DNA of 64,000 nt from Laetmonice hystrix (taxonomy: Eukaryota): assembly GCA_965235115.1 (NCBI GenBank), contig OZ249444.1, forward strand, positions 21,328,001-21,392,000, in the 5' to 3' direction. Position 1 is the first letter of the stretch. The number at the start of each line of letters is the position of its first letter. Below are positions 26,701 to 40,184 of the stretch, one piece after another. Made by a program: the position numbers and the translations under genes. Under the pieces are notes generated by a model. That model made no database searches and was not told where the DNA came from. It saw only the letters and a list, made by a program, of their open reading frames with translations.

Positions 26701-29700
26701 AACGAGCTGAACGAGCTGATGGCCTCCTGTTGATGAAGCGCTGAATTTTGTATGAACTTTTATTAGAGGGTTTTCAAGATTTAGATGAAAACACTGCCAA
26801 AATCCCTCGGGGGGGGGGGGGGGGGGGAGTTGCAAGTTCTATGTCCGGTGTAAAAACGTAAATTGAGGTGGAGAGATTGTCAGCAGTGGAACTGGAAGAT
26901 ATCAGGACTGTATCAATCAGTGTGACCATTTCAGAACCTCAATTTTCGTTTTTACGAGTGAAGCAAAAATATGCTGCTCATGTGAAAAGTGATAACCTGG
27001 ATACACATGTAACTGTGGATTCGTATAAAAATGTTTCGATTATTTATCTCAAAATCAGAAGGAATGTGTAAATGGTTAGTAAGTGTTCAAGCGGATGTCG
27101 CACTGTCAGAAAACGTCTCCAAGACGAAGCTAGAATTATTGCTGAAGTCGCACGTCGTGTCTGAAGATGGTGCCATGAACCTGGCTGTTAACAAGGCCAC
27201 ATTACAGTTCCTGTCGCCTTATGTATTGAGGCAATTGGCGGACAACGGGCCATTGAACGCTGCCATTATCCACTTTACGGCAATCTGACTGCCCAGTCAG
27301 CAGCGACCTTTCGACCTCTAAATGTGGCCGTCGGATTTTCACCGCCGAGTGTGCCAGAACCCGCCCCCCACCCCTCAACTACAACGTGGACAACTGGGGA
27401 ACCCAGGCAGGGCCCGACTCAAAACTCGCCCAACATTTGGTGTCTGACGTTTTCACCCCGGTAGCGAACTGTAGAAAAAAAATTGATCGTGGTTGGCTGT
27501 AGTGGGCCTGAATAGATTGGCCTGGGTCTGAATAGATTGTCCTGATGCCGAGTTAGAGCATCGATTGATAGATTAGTGACGCTGGACGGTTCCTGACAAA
27601 TCAATGGAGGGACATCACCGGGGCTCGGGACGTAATGCGGCCTCACAATGGTAGCGTGGTCGGCGGCAACCTTTGTCAGATTGTGGTGATGGTCCCATTA
27701 CCGGGCCCCAGACCAGTAGCAAACCTCGTGCTGAAAGTGGTGGAGACTTCACAATAAACATGGCCTCGCAGAATTACGCTCCTCGGATGAACGGGGGGTC
27801 CACACACATCCGCCGGCATTGCATTAGACTTTTGGGCCTAAGTACTTTGTAGGAACTAATTTGATTTATGTAGACTCACGTTGGCAATAATGACAATGCT
27901 AAAGGAGTTATAAAACTGTAGAGAGGTGGCGTGGGAAATAAAGGAGATGTGATAATCTAATTGTGTTATGACAAACATGGATGATTTGGATGGAATTCCC
28001 TCATGTCCCTACTGAAATAATCATTTACTGATTCCAGGATTAAAGAGATGGCGTAAAAACATCTGCCAACCTTTGAAGTTGGAGCAAAAATACCACAACT
28101 TCTCTCAGCCCCAAGTCGGCTCTCCGTGCTGTTTTTATGGAGAAAAAACAAGTTGATCCCATTGGTGGGACTTAATGGGAGCGTCTGGTTACGATTTGAT
28201 GGTATGTTTACGGGTAACTGACACTGAGCCACGTAAGGCTGTGTAGGCAGATCTGGTAAACGTTCTGGTTTTCACGGTTATATATGTCCAGTCTTCGTAC
28301 CGGTCCAGTCTTGATCCAGGCCTCAGCTCTATAGCCCAGTGCTGTTATTAGCTGATGGTGTGTTTACAATATTATAATAGTGAATATACCGGAATTAAAT
28401 ACAAGTGGTATGAGATCTGATGAATCAGGTGATTCTCCTAGTATATCAAGCGAATAGAGAGAACTCTAGGCCCATAGAAATCAGCGGTAGCCGAACATAG
28501 AATTCCAATTTTACGATGCAGCTGTGGCCACAATAACATAGCGATATTTTATGCCTCCGGTAATATTTAAGTAAGATGTAAACGTTTCATGTTAAAGTAA
28601 GAGAACATGATTTGAAATGTATCGATCCATAACGAGTGTGAAGCATGCAGCTGTCGCTGAATGTATAGGCCGATGTCTGAGTTATGTTTAACGATTACTA
28701 ATATAAATGTACTGTATTGGATCTAATTTCTTTTTTTCCCAATGTTGTACTTTTAATAGAATTGATCATAAAGCTGAACGTATCAGACATACAATACTTT
28801 TAATGTAGCAGCTTAGTTTTCTGCTAGATTGCAAGAAAACAGTGCACGCCATGTTTGTGGGACGGGCCAAGTGGGATTTTATTTTTTTGTCGTCCAGACA
28901 GGGCTGTAGATTGCCGCGATGTTGAGTTTGAGCTCTTATCTAATCTACACATCCATTCCGTGGCTGTAGTTCATCTGATCACGTCCCTGTTGACTGCTGC
29001 TATCTTGGCAGTCAGTGTTGCTGCCGTTATCGATAATACAACCAAACTGAAGGTTGTAGGCCCGCCTAGTCCCACTCCAATACGGTACGCCCAACCTATT
29101 TTTCTGCCATCATTTCACTTTACTGGTAATTCCTACTTACTGGTATACATGCCATGTATATGTATTGGTTCCTAAGGCATGGAAGAGCCCTTATTATGAC
29201 AGAGCTCTCGTTATAATGCCTTCAGCCACACGGGTCATAAACTGTATATATAGGACTTAAGCCTTGCAGAAATCCTGGGAACGTGTGAATAGACGTTTCG
29301 AAAATACTATAATTTATTAAATTACGAACAGTAGAAACATTACCTACAACAGAGCAAGAAAGATTGCTTATTGCTTTTTAAGAATGACTTAAAACACGTA
29401 AGTCTTCCGCTGTTGATATCTAATTCATCATAGACAGAATTCTTTATTCTCCTTAGAAAGTTGATCATCTGGAAACAGTTGTGCATTCCTCAGGCGCCTC
29501 GTTTAGCAGCCTGTTGCAGTGGAATAAATAATATTGATATTACATAGAAAAAGATAACTATATATAACGAACATTGATTATTACATCCTTGAACACAAAT
29601 GGGAAATACTATTTGTATGTTATCCCTATGATAACTTTACCACGAATTTGGAACAGTCTCTTAACAGGGGGCAGGGATATTGGATTTTTTGTTGGGGGGT

Positions 29701-30049
29701 GGGTGGGTGGGTGGGGGGGGGGGGCTGGGGACTGAAGGTAAGGAAGGTAAGGTTAGGAAATAATGTTAGATTTGTAGTTGTTACCCCGAGATTTGGTGGA
29801 TATGTTACCATGAAGGATGGTGTGTGAATGAGCCCTACTCCGTCCACGGTCGGTGAGTGTGTGATCGGAGATCCCAGTGTTGCCGTCCCTATAGTGTAAT
29901 GGATGCAAACAATCACTTGCTGCACAACTCACCGTCATTCCTATGCATGGGGCCCTGATTGGAAATATATTCACTCCACCGCATCCAGTCTCAACCAATA
30001 CATGTCCTCCGGCAGCGGCGTAAATTAGAGAACTGCTGGTAGTTACAAT

Positions 30050-31000
30050 TGGAGCTCTGTTTAGCCGAGTGGCCAAAATGAACTACTTTTCAGCAAAGTC
30101 TTATTCTTTTCATTGGTTAATGAGAGAATTGGGGTGCATAGCTTGGATGTAATGGGTAGCATGTTTTATTTGGCACCCATTTGTAAATATAATGAGCCTG
30201 CACTTGGTAAATAATGATTTGAATATTTTAGAAGCCCACCCCCCGGCACTTCATATGGGACACTTTGTGAGCTGCAGCATTACTTATGATTTGGTGAGAA
30301 CGTTTGGAAGAGGCTGAGTATTTATTGTGCACCATTCGTTATGAATATTCATTGTCATTAGTGTCGAGTGTCGGCGTGCGGCGTGTGAAGACTGTCGGAG
30401 GGAATACTTCTCACCATGAACTGTCAGATACTTAAACTCTGATGTTAATGCCAGCAGTTTGTCGACATACAATGGCTGGGATCTCTTAACACCTCAACGG
30501 GAGAGAAGACCATCTTAAAACAAGTTCATTCCTTATTTCCTTTAACAAACCATTTATAATTTTAAGGGGTAAAAAGGGAAAGTTTGCAGAAATGGCTGCG
30601 CTGTGCCTTTTTATCTATATCGCGTTGAAAATACAGTGATTGTTAAAAAAAAGTCTCGATTCTTGTCAGAAAATGTGTCATGTTGAGGAGGTGGTAATCA
30701 GCTCCATGATGTATCTGATGAGGTGGGCAGGCGTGTGTTGAAGTGTGCCGTGGGCTGGTTTTTGTGGAGGTCTCTCGGAGCATTCGGTTACCCAGTATGA
30801 ATGCGGATTCTGGCAGTGGCGAGCGGTACTGAAGGCAGTTGGCGTGCTGAGGAACCAAGGGCCGGCCAAGGCGAGGTTTAAAGTAATGGATGGTCCCAAT
30901 CAGGACATGATGCATGGCAGCACCCACCGTTATTGATTAAGTGTTGGCGGAAAACGGCGTCCTCAGAGAGGAGCCAATTGTAGCTGGACACAGAGATCTG
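30050..31000 (-). mobile_element. Decayed Penelope-like RT
   Basis: IHYFKPRLGRPLVP (cf. IHK..PGRPIVS), THFLTRIETF (cf. TTHFL.KIE), KYLTVHGEKYSLRQ (cf. NYF.FNG..YLQ), YIQAMHPNSL (cf. LNSIHPNIKFT); collinear. Confidence 0.6.
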
Positions 31001-31779
31001 GTGGGCCTCTGAAAAAAGTCACTTGTGAATGAAAAATGAAAGTGGTTACATTGGTATCAGTTGGGAGCATGCAGGGCCGCCAGTTAAAATTTGGCCTTCA
31101 TTATGTAATGAGGATTCAATGATTAGTTTGTCAATTATAACCGTCAGTTGGACGCCAACCGTTTCACTCCATGGCTATTAGAAATGTAATGATATAGACA
31201 GGATATCCAGCGAGGAATGTCTGAATATTGTTAAAATTTGAAAAAAAATGAGAAAAAAAAACCGACAGTGGTAGTACCCGGTTGAAGATGAGACCTCTTG
31301 AAGTAGGAAATCCTGACCGAAGAACCGTGGCCATGCAAACGGGTCGCATGTCTTTGACAAGATAATACGATACGGCGTTTCCCAGGGCCCTCCTTGGGAG
31401 ATTAAGGGACTGTCGACCGTTCTTATCTGTGGCTCGGCCAGTGTTGGCAAGCGGCGGGTCACTTACCAAGGAGATCGCCACCCTCTTTTACCCTGGGTCT
31501 GTCACGTCAGAACGGCGCGATCCTGCCCAGCCTAGACAAAGATCGCACTGCAGGAACACCCAGTTCAACGGGCCATGGCTGCGATAAGCGAGGGAAGGGT
31601 TCACAGCACGGGACGACTAGGGAAAAGGTACCCCTCCTGATCCAGGGTATAGACACTGGAGGAAAACATCCAGTACTGCTGGGACCGGAGGGACAGATCC
31701 AGAGTTTACAACACTGGAGGAAAGGATCGAGTAGATTTACATCAGGAAGGGAACTAGATCATGGGGAAACTGGATCAGG

Positions 31780-32750
31780 TTAGGACAGCAAGAACAGGGC
31801 CTGAGTTAGCAAGGGACGGGGAATTGGGACACTTGTTTTGAGAATGTCCCAACAATCAGGACATAAGCACCAATGGCCACGGTGGAGGTCATCATGAACG
31901 GAAGGGACTGGGATACTCCGAGCCGACTCTGTCTGTATAAAAACAGATGTTGGTGAGGACCTTGTTGGAAGCAAAAGTTGGTTATTAGTGCACGAGGAAT
32001 CGCAGGATCTACGACCTACCATAAAATATCAAATTGATGTGTAGTTTCAGATTGATAGAATCCGGATGAAATAGAGAAAGTCTAAGAAGCCGTTAGTGAG
32101 GTCCTGCAGTGGAACCCTGTCAGGGAGTCTGACTGGAGCGCCCCCTGGGGCAGACTGGCGGTACCTGGGCAGCTGGAGGGGACTTCACTTGGCCTGAATA
32201 ATTGGCAAGTCATCAGTTGGAAGATTGTCCTCGCCTGCTTGTCTCCACTTGCATAAAAAGGGAAACAGTGTGGCAATTGATTTTTGGACAAGCAATTAGC
32301 GGTTTAATAGGAATAAGTCATTTTAATTTCACTATACTGAATGTGTAAGGTTGGGCATTCACGTGTATCTCTTCAAACCCAGATAGAACATGGAGGGAAT
32401 GGAAGGTCGACATTGTAGAGTTTTTCTCACAGACCCCACCCTACCGGAGGGAGGGTTCATTGAACGCAGCGAGAATTGGTATGTAATGACCTCGCATTCT
32501 GCTGGCCCGCCCGGCGCCTGGCCCCAGTCCTCAGGCCCCAGTCCTCAGGCCCACGATGAATGAGGCCAGTCTAATTATTGGCTTCAATCATTCTCATCAT
32601 CTCGTCGCTGTGAAGAGAAGCCAAGGCGCAGGTCTTGTCAGTTGGTACCCTGCCACAACTCCAGATGGCGCAGTTTGATTGGTCGAGATTTTGTAGGATT
32701 ATTGGCCTCGCCTCGGGCGAGACGGCCATTGTCAATCCACAAATCACAGT
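31780..32750 (-). mobile_element. Possible decayed Penelope-like fragment
   Basis: RVPTDKTCALASLHS (cf. RKPTD...YL...S.H), RSIPVP and CWDIL (cf. RIP...HWHIL); weak. Confidence 0.3.
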
Positions 32751-34219
32751 CACTCCCCATCAAAACATAAGGCCAGCCTGAATAGTGGTTAGGGATTACA
32801 TAGAAAAGGTACACCTAAGACGAGTCAGCATATTGCCTGATTGGTCGGTTGGTTTACGAGGGCCCGTTCGACATTGTTGTTGGGGAGCTTGATGAAGATC
32901 TGTACTGAAATAGGCAATTTTCCCCCGAGGTCGAGTTACGACGTCCAGGCCATCAGGAACTCGGATTCCGTGGCTGGATGCGGGTCGGACATGTTTTACG
33001 TCGTCCTGGGAAAGGTCAAGTGGGGGGGGGGGAGGACCCCCTTATTAAGATGATCCTTGAGGGGCCTTTACGTTAAATGTTTAATTCTAGTTTTTGGCAG
33101 CACATGTTGCGCCAGGAGAATTTTTTGCCGCAGTGGTCCAGTAGGGTTTAAACAGGAGCATTAGAAAAGTTAATGGACAGAAGCAATTATGCGCTTTGAA
33201 GGGCGTAATACATTTTTTTCCGACTTCAATACTCGCTGGGAGGTGGCCCAACACTCTATGACGTTGACAGCCAGGAGCCTGTACCGCGAGCCGCAGAGCG
33301 ATATGGTTAGACAATGTCTGTTTCATAATTACCCTGGTGTCAATGGTAGAATGTTAGAACGATATTAAAATACTAATTAAAGAATTTTGATTGTGATTTA
33401 ATCTCGATCTCATTTATAGTCAGTAGAAGGTGTTTAGAGAGATGCCTGGCGGAAAGTCTGAATTGTCTTATGTTTTTATATACTCATTGTTCACTAGCCG
33501 GTAGCCCACATAGCGCTATATTGTTATTGTTGATGGCTCTTTCTCTGCTTTCGGAACACTTGCCACAACTGATAACCTTTCTTATTATATTGCATGAACA
33601 ACTTCACAAATAGAGATTCATAATGTTTTTACCATAATCATCTGTTAACCAGGACGTCATAATCTACTTCTACTGTCTGCATTGTAGAGTGAAAAAACTA
33701 GCTTGATTCATAACTAGTCAGAATATTGTTGGAGATTGGATAACAGAATGAAGTTCACTAGAAATAACTAGATATCGTCCTGCCGCTAGTTTGAGTTATT
33801 TAAGTTACTTACGTTCTCTGACATAGAATGGCTATACGAAGGCTTGTTTCTAGTCGTCTTACTCTCCTCATTCACAAAGTGGAGACTTATATTTGTAAGG
33901 CTCGATCTGAGGTGGAGAGGTAAGGTCAGACCTCAGGCGGAGCGACTTGTACGCCGCTGTGTAGTTTGTTGATTAGGTTAACAGCACTCAGCACTCACTC
34001 ATGGCAAACTTCATCCCCAGGGCGACTTATATAAAGGTTGAAGTTTTTGACGATTTGTACATGTATAAGGGATGTTTCCTTGCCACGTGTATATGGATAT
34101 TATCAGGAAGATTAAAGCTCTGTTTCATAATATATTTTATAGAGTTTGTTTTAAATACATTTTAGTATTTGGGCACATGAGCCAGATTTTGCTTGACAGA
34201 GCTAACTGGATAATTAGTA

Positions 34220-34800
34220 TTTGTGCAAAAGCGTATCCTCAGAGATAATAACTCACTTCGGGAAAAGGGAGGTATTCACTCCCCCATTGTCCTTTTTGGG
34301 ATGGACCTTGGTGCGCAGGCCGATTCGAAATGGTACACTATGATAGAAAAGAGCAAGTTCAAAACATTTTTAGTTGAGGGTAATCTTTCCATTGACTCGC
34401 CCGGTTTACCCGGCTGTAAAACTTAGAGAACAGCAAATGGAATTTAGAAACCTTACAAAATTATGGTGACATTTATGGGAGCTGCTGTGAATACTACATG
34501 TAATAGTGGCCTTGTGTTCACGATAATGATTATTAAATGGGAGAGTGTAGTCGTGGGCCAAGGGTACCCCTTCAACCCATTGATGGATCACTGCAACCAA
34601 TCGAAGTCTTATCTCCATGGTCTCTTCGACTGTGTTAGCACAAGACCAAATCAAACTTGGCAGTCACAAAGGACTTGTGGGGTTGATGTCGCCTTCGCAG
34701 GCGCCAGCTGAAATACATTTCTGCCGCCAGGAGCCATTTGTGCCAGCCGTCCGCGGGGAAAGGAGTCCATCTTAAATGATGTCTAGTCTGGTCGTGCAGC
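34220..34800 (-). mobile_element. Decayed Penelope-like RT C-terminal half
   Basis: AQMAPGGRNVF (cf. TKMAPSYANIF), FVRFLNSICCSLSFT (cf. F..LNSIHP.IKFT), TKVHPKKD (cf. T.LY.KPTD), LSLRIRFCT (cf. ALRLRRICS). Confidence 0.55.
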
Positions 34801-35999
34801 CAAGGAAGGTGAGGACAGCTAGATTTCCTGCTGCTGTGTGGCCATGCTGGGGGATAGTCTGTCAGTGAGAGGGCAAGTAATGGGAGTACTTTATGAGGCG
34901 ACAGGCCATGGCGTGTGGTGGGGCGGTGAGCGCAGGTGGTCCAACGACTGGAATATGTTCTCGGGCACTGCCAGCCCTCCCTCCCGCCCGGGACACCGGC
35001 AGTGTCCGCGAGGCAGTGTGGTCATTACATCAGGGTGTAATTGTTTAACGACCAAACGAGGACATGGTCCTCGTCACAGGCAGTCCTGACGGCGGGTTCC
35101 CACGCCCCCCTCACTCTCCCCGGATCACGGCTGACTGACCCACGTATTTTCTATCTATAGAGCCAGTTTCCCCTATTAAATACGGACCTTAGGTAGAGCA
35201 GCAAAGCCTCCCATATCATATAACTTGACAATAGCCGGTCTGCTCAATGTACAGACAATACAGGAGAGATGATCCATGGTTTCCAGATAAAAGGGACGAC
35301 CCGCGTGGTGAGGTAATCATGAGACTGAATTAAAAAAGGTGTTCTAGAATGAGCTTATCCGGTCAAGTGAGATATAATCACGAGGGGAGCCAAACTTGGT
35401 GATAATGTCGTCTTCATAGTAATATTAGGAAATAGTTTAGATCCCTTCAGTCCCCGACCTTTTACTATGGCTTCATTAGTGGACTTAAATTGGCGGGTCA
35501 CAATTGACGTGTATTGTCTACATAAATCACATGGCAAACAGTTTCTTTAATTTCAATCCCAGATTACCGGTAAGTGCCAGAGTGCCGTCTATAACGCAGC
35601 TGCTCTGTAGCCCACCACCCAAAGAGCTCTTTATTAATCTATGTATATAGAGATTAAAAAAGCAGGAGCTTGGAAAGTCAGCTGTCGTTGATGAACAAAG
35701 TGGATTGAGTGGTGGAGGTAGACACATATTGTAATGTCTACGAGTGGCTGTCAGCCTTTGACTTGAAAAGACTGATAGGTTTGGTGGACATTCATCATGA
35801 CATGGTTCTCGGTATCTTCAGGCAGACCGACCTCTTTCAACACTCATGGGGGACACCGTTCATCAGTCCTGCTGTCTTACTGAGAGAATGTCTCTGAGAG
35901 CACCATAGTCTATGGCCGTCTATGTTGCTGGCAGAAATCCCAGGAGAGGTTTTGTAGCTCAATATTTCATTGAAGAAAAACAAGAACCCATACTTTATT

Positions 36000-36400
36000 A
36001 TGTCCATTACGAAATGACACCCGCATTAAAGGCTATAAATGTACGCTTAGAATTCATATGGATGGTATTCTATTCCCTGAATCGTAAACCTGGAATTTGT
36101 CCTCCCTTCGCGACATCACATCGAGTCGTGTTTGTAGGATAAATCCAAACGTGAACGTGTTCACTGTGAATGAACGCTTGGTTGAGTGTGTGATACACTT
36201 GATCACATAGACCATTGCGTGGATGAGTTGGGGATGGGAAGTGACGGGGGACAGATCCGTCAAAACCAGCTGCAGATGGCCCCACAGTCCACAGTTACGT
36301 GCCCTGGATATAAAAGCCAGAACGCGATTACCAACCCAGAAGGTTTCTTCGCAAACCTTCATCAATGTCACCCACTCTCGTGTATTGATATGCTGTAGAG
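36000..36400 (-). mobile_element. Possible GIY-YIG remnant of a Penelope-like element
   Basis: IYPTNTTRCDVAKGGQ...LRFRE keeps the IY-x6-C-x5-GQ...RF.E spacing of PLE endonucleases; weak. Confidence 0.3.
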
Positions 36401-37667
36401 GTTTTCTTATAGATTTTTTTAAAGGAAAGGGTTCTCTCTGAGAGAGCGTCAGGAGACCGACACGCTATCATTTAAATTCTAGATAGATACATTGCTTCTG
36501 TCTTGTTCTGGCATGAAAAGTTTAAATCTGATTAAAACTTCTTTGGTGGTCCATAACGTTTTTTATTTCAGTGTAGCTATTCACATTTGATGTGTAGGCG
36601 AGTATGAAATAGATGGAGTGTTGTCTACGAACACGTGCCTGTCGGCCTGGCGCTGCCTCGTAAACTTGATGGCTGTGCAGCTGGCTTCGTTTTCGTGACT
36701 GGCAAAAGTCTTGTGTCTGTGCGGAAATAACTTCCCCACATGCGGTAATCCCGCAAAGGCATACTGTCAGAAAGTTTTAAAAAAGTAATAATAATGAATA
36801 AAAAATCTGATCGATGTTTGTTCCATAAGATCAGTAATTCAGTCTGTAGTTTTTATTGTCACTATCTGGCTACCAATGGTTCATATTCCAGTAGTTGCCC
36901 GTGATCTAGAGGCGAAATTACATGTCTAAATTTGCACCAGTGCATGGGGTGCCCCCAAGAAAGTGCACTTTAATGTACATTGTCCCAGGTGTACATGTGA
37001 ATGTTACCAGGAGTGTTCTGGAGTTATCTGTAACGATGAGAATTATGTTCATCAGTTTTCTTAATGTGTAATCTTCCGACAGTGATGGTTCAGAAGCAAT
37101 CAGTCAGAATGTTGCTCAGAGACAATCATACCCTGAGTGAACTCGAGATTTTTTCTCTAAGCTCGGTTTCTGCTGATGTAATATGCACTGTTGAGGACAC
37201 GAGAGAATGGGATGGTAAATGAGCAGTGGGATATGTCCGAATCAGTGGGTGGCTAATAGCTACGATAAGATGGATGGGGACAGAGGGTGGAGGAGTGTCG
37301 GGGTGATTAGTGATCACCTAGAATAAATCTACTCCCTCTGCAGGCCCTTTCAATCGGTCTCGGGTCCAGGGCTTCACGGGTAAGTAGTCTATAAAAACGG
37401 GCAATGTTCTCAGGCTTCCTGCTTCTAGACGCCAGCGGCGGCGGGCTCACATTGTTTTCATGAATCTGTCATTGTGTGCCATTGGTCGGCTTGTACATTA
37501 CTGTCCATGAATGATGTCTTTATGACTGCAATATAGAGTAATTAGTCGATTTATACGGAAGTGTCTACTCTCGCTGTGCTGTAACGCCCATTTATTTCAA
37601 CCTTTATGAAAGCAGGTCCAAGATCTAGTTCCATTTTTCTGAATCCATTACCGCTATGTGATATTGG

Positions 37668-37900
37668 TTAAGCTGAATTTCTACTTTGTCTTGTCCGAGG
37701 ACTTAAGTTTGTGTACCATAGTCTCATAGTTGTGATACGATCCAATAAGTTACGGAGGGGAGAGGATAAGGGTGTCCATGAGGGTTGGAAAATTATTGTC
37801 GTAATACACTCTTGTAGTACTCGGCCATTATAGAAGGTTTGTGTAAGAGAAAACGTCATAGTTAGGTTATTCAGATATGTTGTATGCCAGGGCAAGTCCT
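37668..37900 (-). mobile_element. Decayed Penelope-like RT fragment, possibly a different (Poseidon-like) subgroup
   Basis: TFYNGRVLQ...SWTPLSSPLRNLL...RLWYTNL resembles F.FNG..Y.Q..G..MGSPLSP.LANL...W.RYVDD. Confidence 0.45.
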
Positions 37901-38917
37901 CAAATGTAGCTATGAGGAAGGTGGTGTTTAAACATGTTGTAACACCCAGAGTTTGGGGTCGTGGAGTGGGTCATCCAGCGTTACGTGGCAGTGCTATAGC
38001 TTGCCACTCCAGACATTGTGATAGTCATGCAACAAGCCTGATTGTGATTAGCCACATTTTGAACGTGCCTTCAGTTTCCTTTCATCATGTTTCGATTATC
38101 TAGACTTGTGTATGTAGTGAAGGCAAGGCGGTGGTGGTCTTGCAGGAGACCAGTGTCTCGCTGCCTACTTAATGATGGTTAATTGGTATAATTTACCATG
38201 TTGATTGCTTCATTTTTCCTGGGGAGTGGCGGACATTTGATGGTTTTAGCGTCACGTCAGTACTGTATGATTTAACAGCCAACGGGAGCGACAGATGAAA
38301 GTAAAAACATGCTGAGATTGGCCGCGGGTAGTGGTGAGCACTCGTGGATACTATCACACCGGTCGCCAGGCGGCGCTTTACTGCACGTGCAGGCACAGTT
38401 TGTACGTAGATACGGCTCCAACGATATACTTGTTCAGCACAGCGTGTAATCACTTGTAATGACATTATAAAGTGCAATTAGTGTCGGCACAATTTTATGC
38501 AGAGCCAGTGAGAGAGAAAGTCCAGGGAAGTGTTGCCGGGGATGGTGTGGTTCTGATGGTGTGGATTGCAGAGACCAGCAAGCCAGCCCCTAGTACGGGA
38601 TACCTTTACCGACCCGGCAGCTTTTCACAGTCGGTCAATTGAATTCCGAGAGGGGCTTGGTTGGGTCCCCCCTCCCCCCCCCCCCCCCCACCACCACCTC
38701 TCCCCTTTGCTCGGTGCCTGGTCATTCCTGCAGTGAAAGCCACTTCCTCCTCCAGGGCCATTTGTGTATGTTCACCGGACTCTGAACATGCAGCGCCCCC
38801 TGGGGGGAGAAGTAGTCATTATGATGCGATTCACTAAATGTCCGTGCTCCGTTTGCGAGCGGAGATAGAAAATTGACCATCACTTAGGGCTGGTCTTTAA
38901 ATGCCATCCTCGACAAG

Positions 38918-39553
38918 TTAATGTGACGTGGCAGTCATGTCGGGCTTGATAAGGGTCGTCCACGATCTAGTCACAGTCAGTTTAATTTGTGTGTTTTTCC
39001 TGAAGGGAGGTCTGCAAGCTGGCAAAGCCAAAGGAAAACATAATTGATAAGCACCCAAAGTCGGGGTTTGCCTGCATGCCCTGGTAATGGGATCCTCTTT
39101 GGTTGCCGTATTCAAAGAGTCACTGAAGACTTGTCGTGGATGTGAGCCGAGTAGATAGTGGTGCTCCGTTTAGTAGCCTCAGACTGAACATCCTGACACG
39201 TAGATGATAGATGGGTATAGATTGATAGAAACATCGAAACGTGCAGCAGGATGGAGCCGAGTGGAGAGTCGGAGGTACATTCTGTGGTATCAGGTCGAAG
39301 ACATGAAGGCGGCCGCTTACAGACCGTTCCACGTTAATCAGGTTACGATTGGAGAATGTCGGTTGACCAATATCTCGCCCAGGACAGACGAACGTACAGA
39401 AGACGCTGTTCGTCCTTCAGTGACCTTGAGGTGACTTCTACTCGGATCAGAGATAGCCCCAGTGGTTGGTATTACGTACCCTGACCCCGCTGACATCCAA
39501 TTATGGCAGTCAATACATGCCGCTACACACCGTGATTGGACGGACGATGGCAA
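38918..39553 (-). mobile_element. Decayed Penelope-like RT thumb and linker
   Basis: RSHLKVT (cf. HP.IKFT), QSIPIYHLRVRMFS (cf. SIPYSQALR.RRICS), TRSWTTLIKPD (cf. K.W..L..D). Confidence 0.5.
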
Positions 39554-39902
39554 CTACATGAGCAAATCTGTGACCAATTCTAGTCGCACAATAGGATCCT
39601 AAATTTGGGTAGAAAGATGGGGAGTCGGCTATTCCGGGCTCCTGGCAAGGTATGGAAAAAGGGCTTCAGTCGCCATCTAGAATCGGCATGAAAATGAGGG
39701 GGGGGGGGTTATTTTGTCACCAGTGGGGAGAGCTGTGATTAGATTGGATGGTGTGAGGGCAATAAAAGGAGGGTGGAATAAAAAAAACTAATGTTAGAAA
39801 AATCTATAGAAGTAGGGATTGATTGGTGACAATAGGAATCCAGCATCACTGCTATAGTGTGGTGTCAGGCCGTAGTCATACTTCTCTTTACCCAAATTAC
39901 AA

Positions 39903-40184
39903 TTATTACCTCCGCCAACCAGGTTGGAGGATGTTGTGTTTTCAACCCGGTCTGTCCGTTTTGTCTGTTCGCAAGATATCTCACAAATAATGAACGGATA
40001 TTTCATGAAACCTTCAAGTATGATTGGTCTCGTGCTAGGGAACAATCGATTTTTGGGTAGATCCGTATGTTTTCGTGGATTCAGGATCATTTGCCATTGC
40101 TTCATTGCGAGATAGGCCAAAATGTATGGAGGACTGCTCCGCTTGGTGGACTGAGGTATGCGTTCTACTGAACGCCCTCTAGTT
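39903..40184 (+). mobile_element. Non-autonomous Helentron/Helitron-type element (HINE, DINE-1-like)
   Basis: 5' ttattacctccgccaa; internal gtctgtccg/gtctgttcg microsatellite-like stretch; degenerate sub-terminal inverted partner ttggtggactgaggta; perfect 3' hairpin gcgttc-tact-gaacgc followed by cctCTAGtt. Confidence 0.7.

Noticed and set aside
35810-35875. Hammerhead-like CTGATGA...GAAA on the - strand after a GIY-YIG-like remnant
   Set aside because: No G10.1-C11.1 pair, poor stems II and III, and N17 is G; too degenerate to call.
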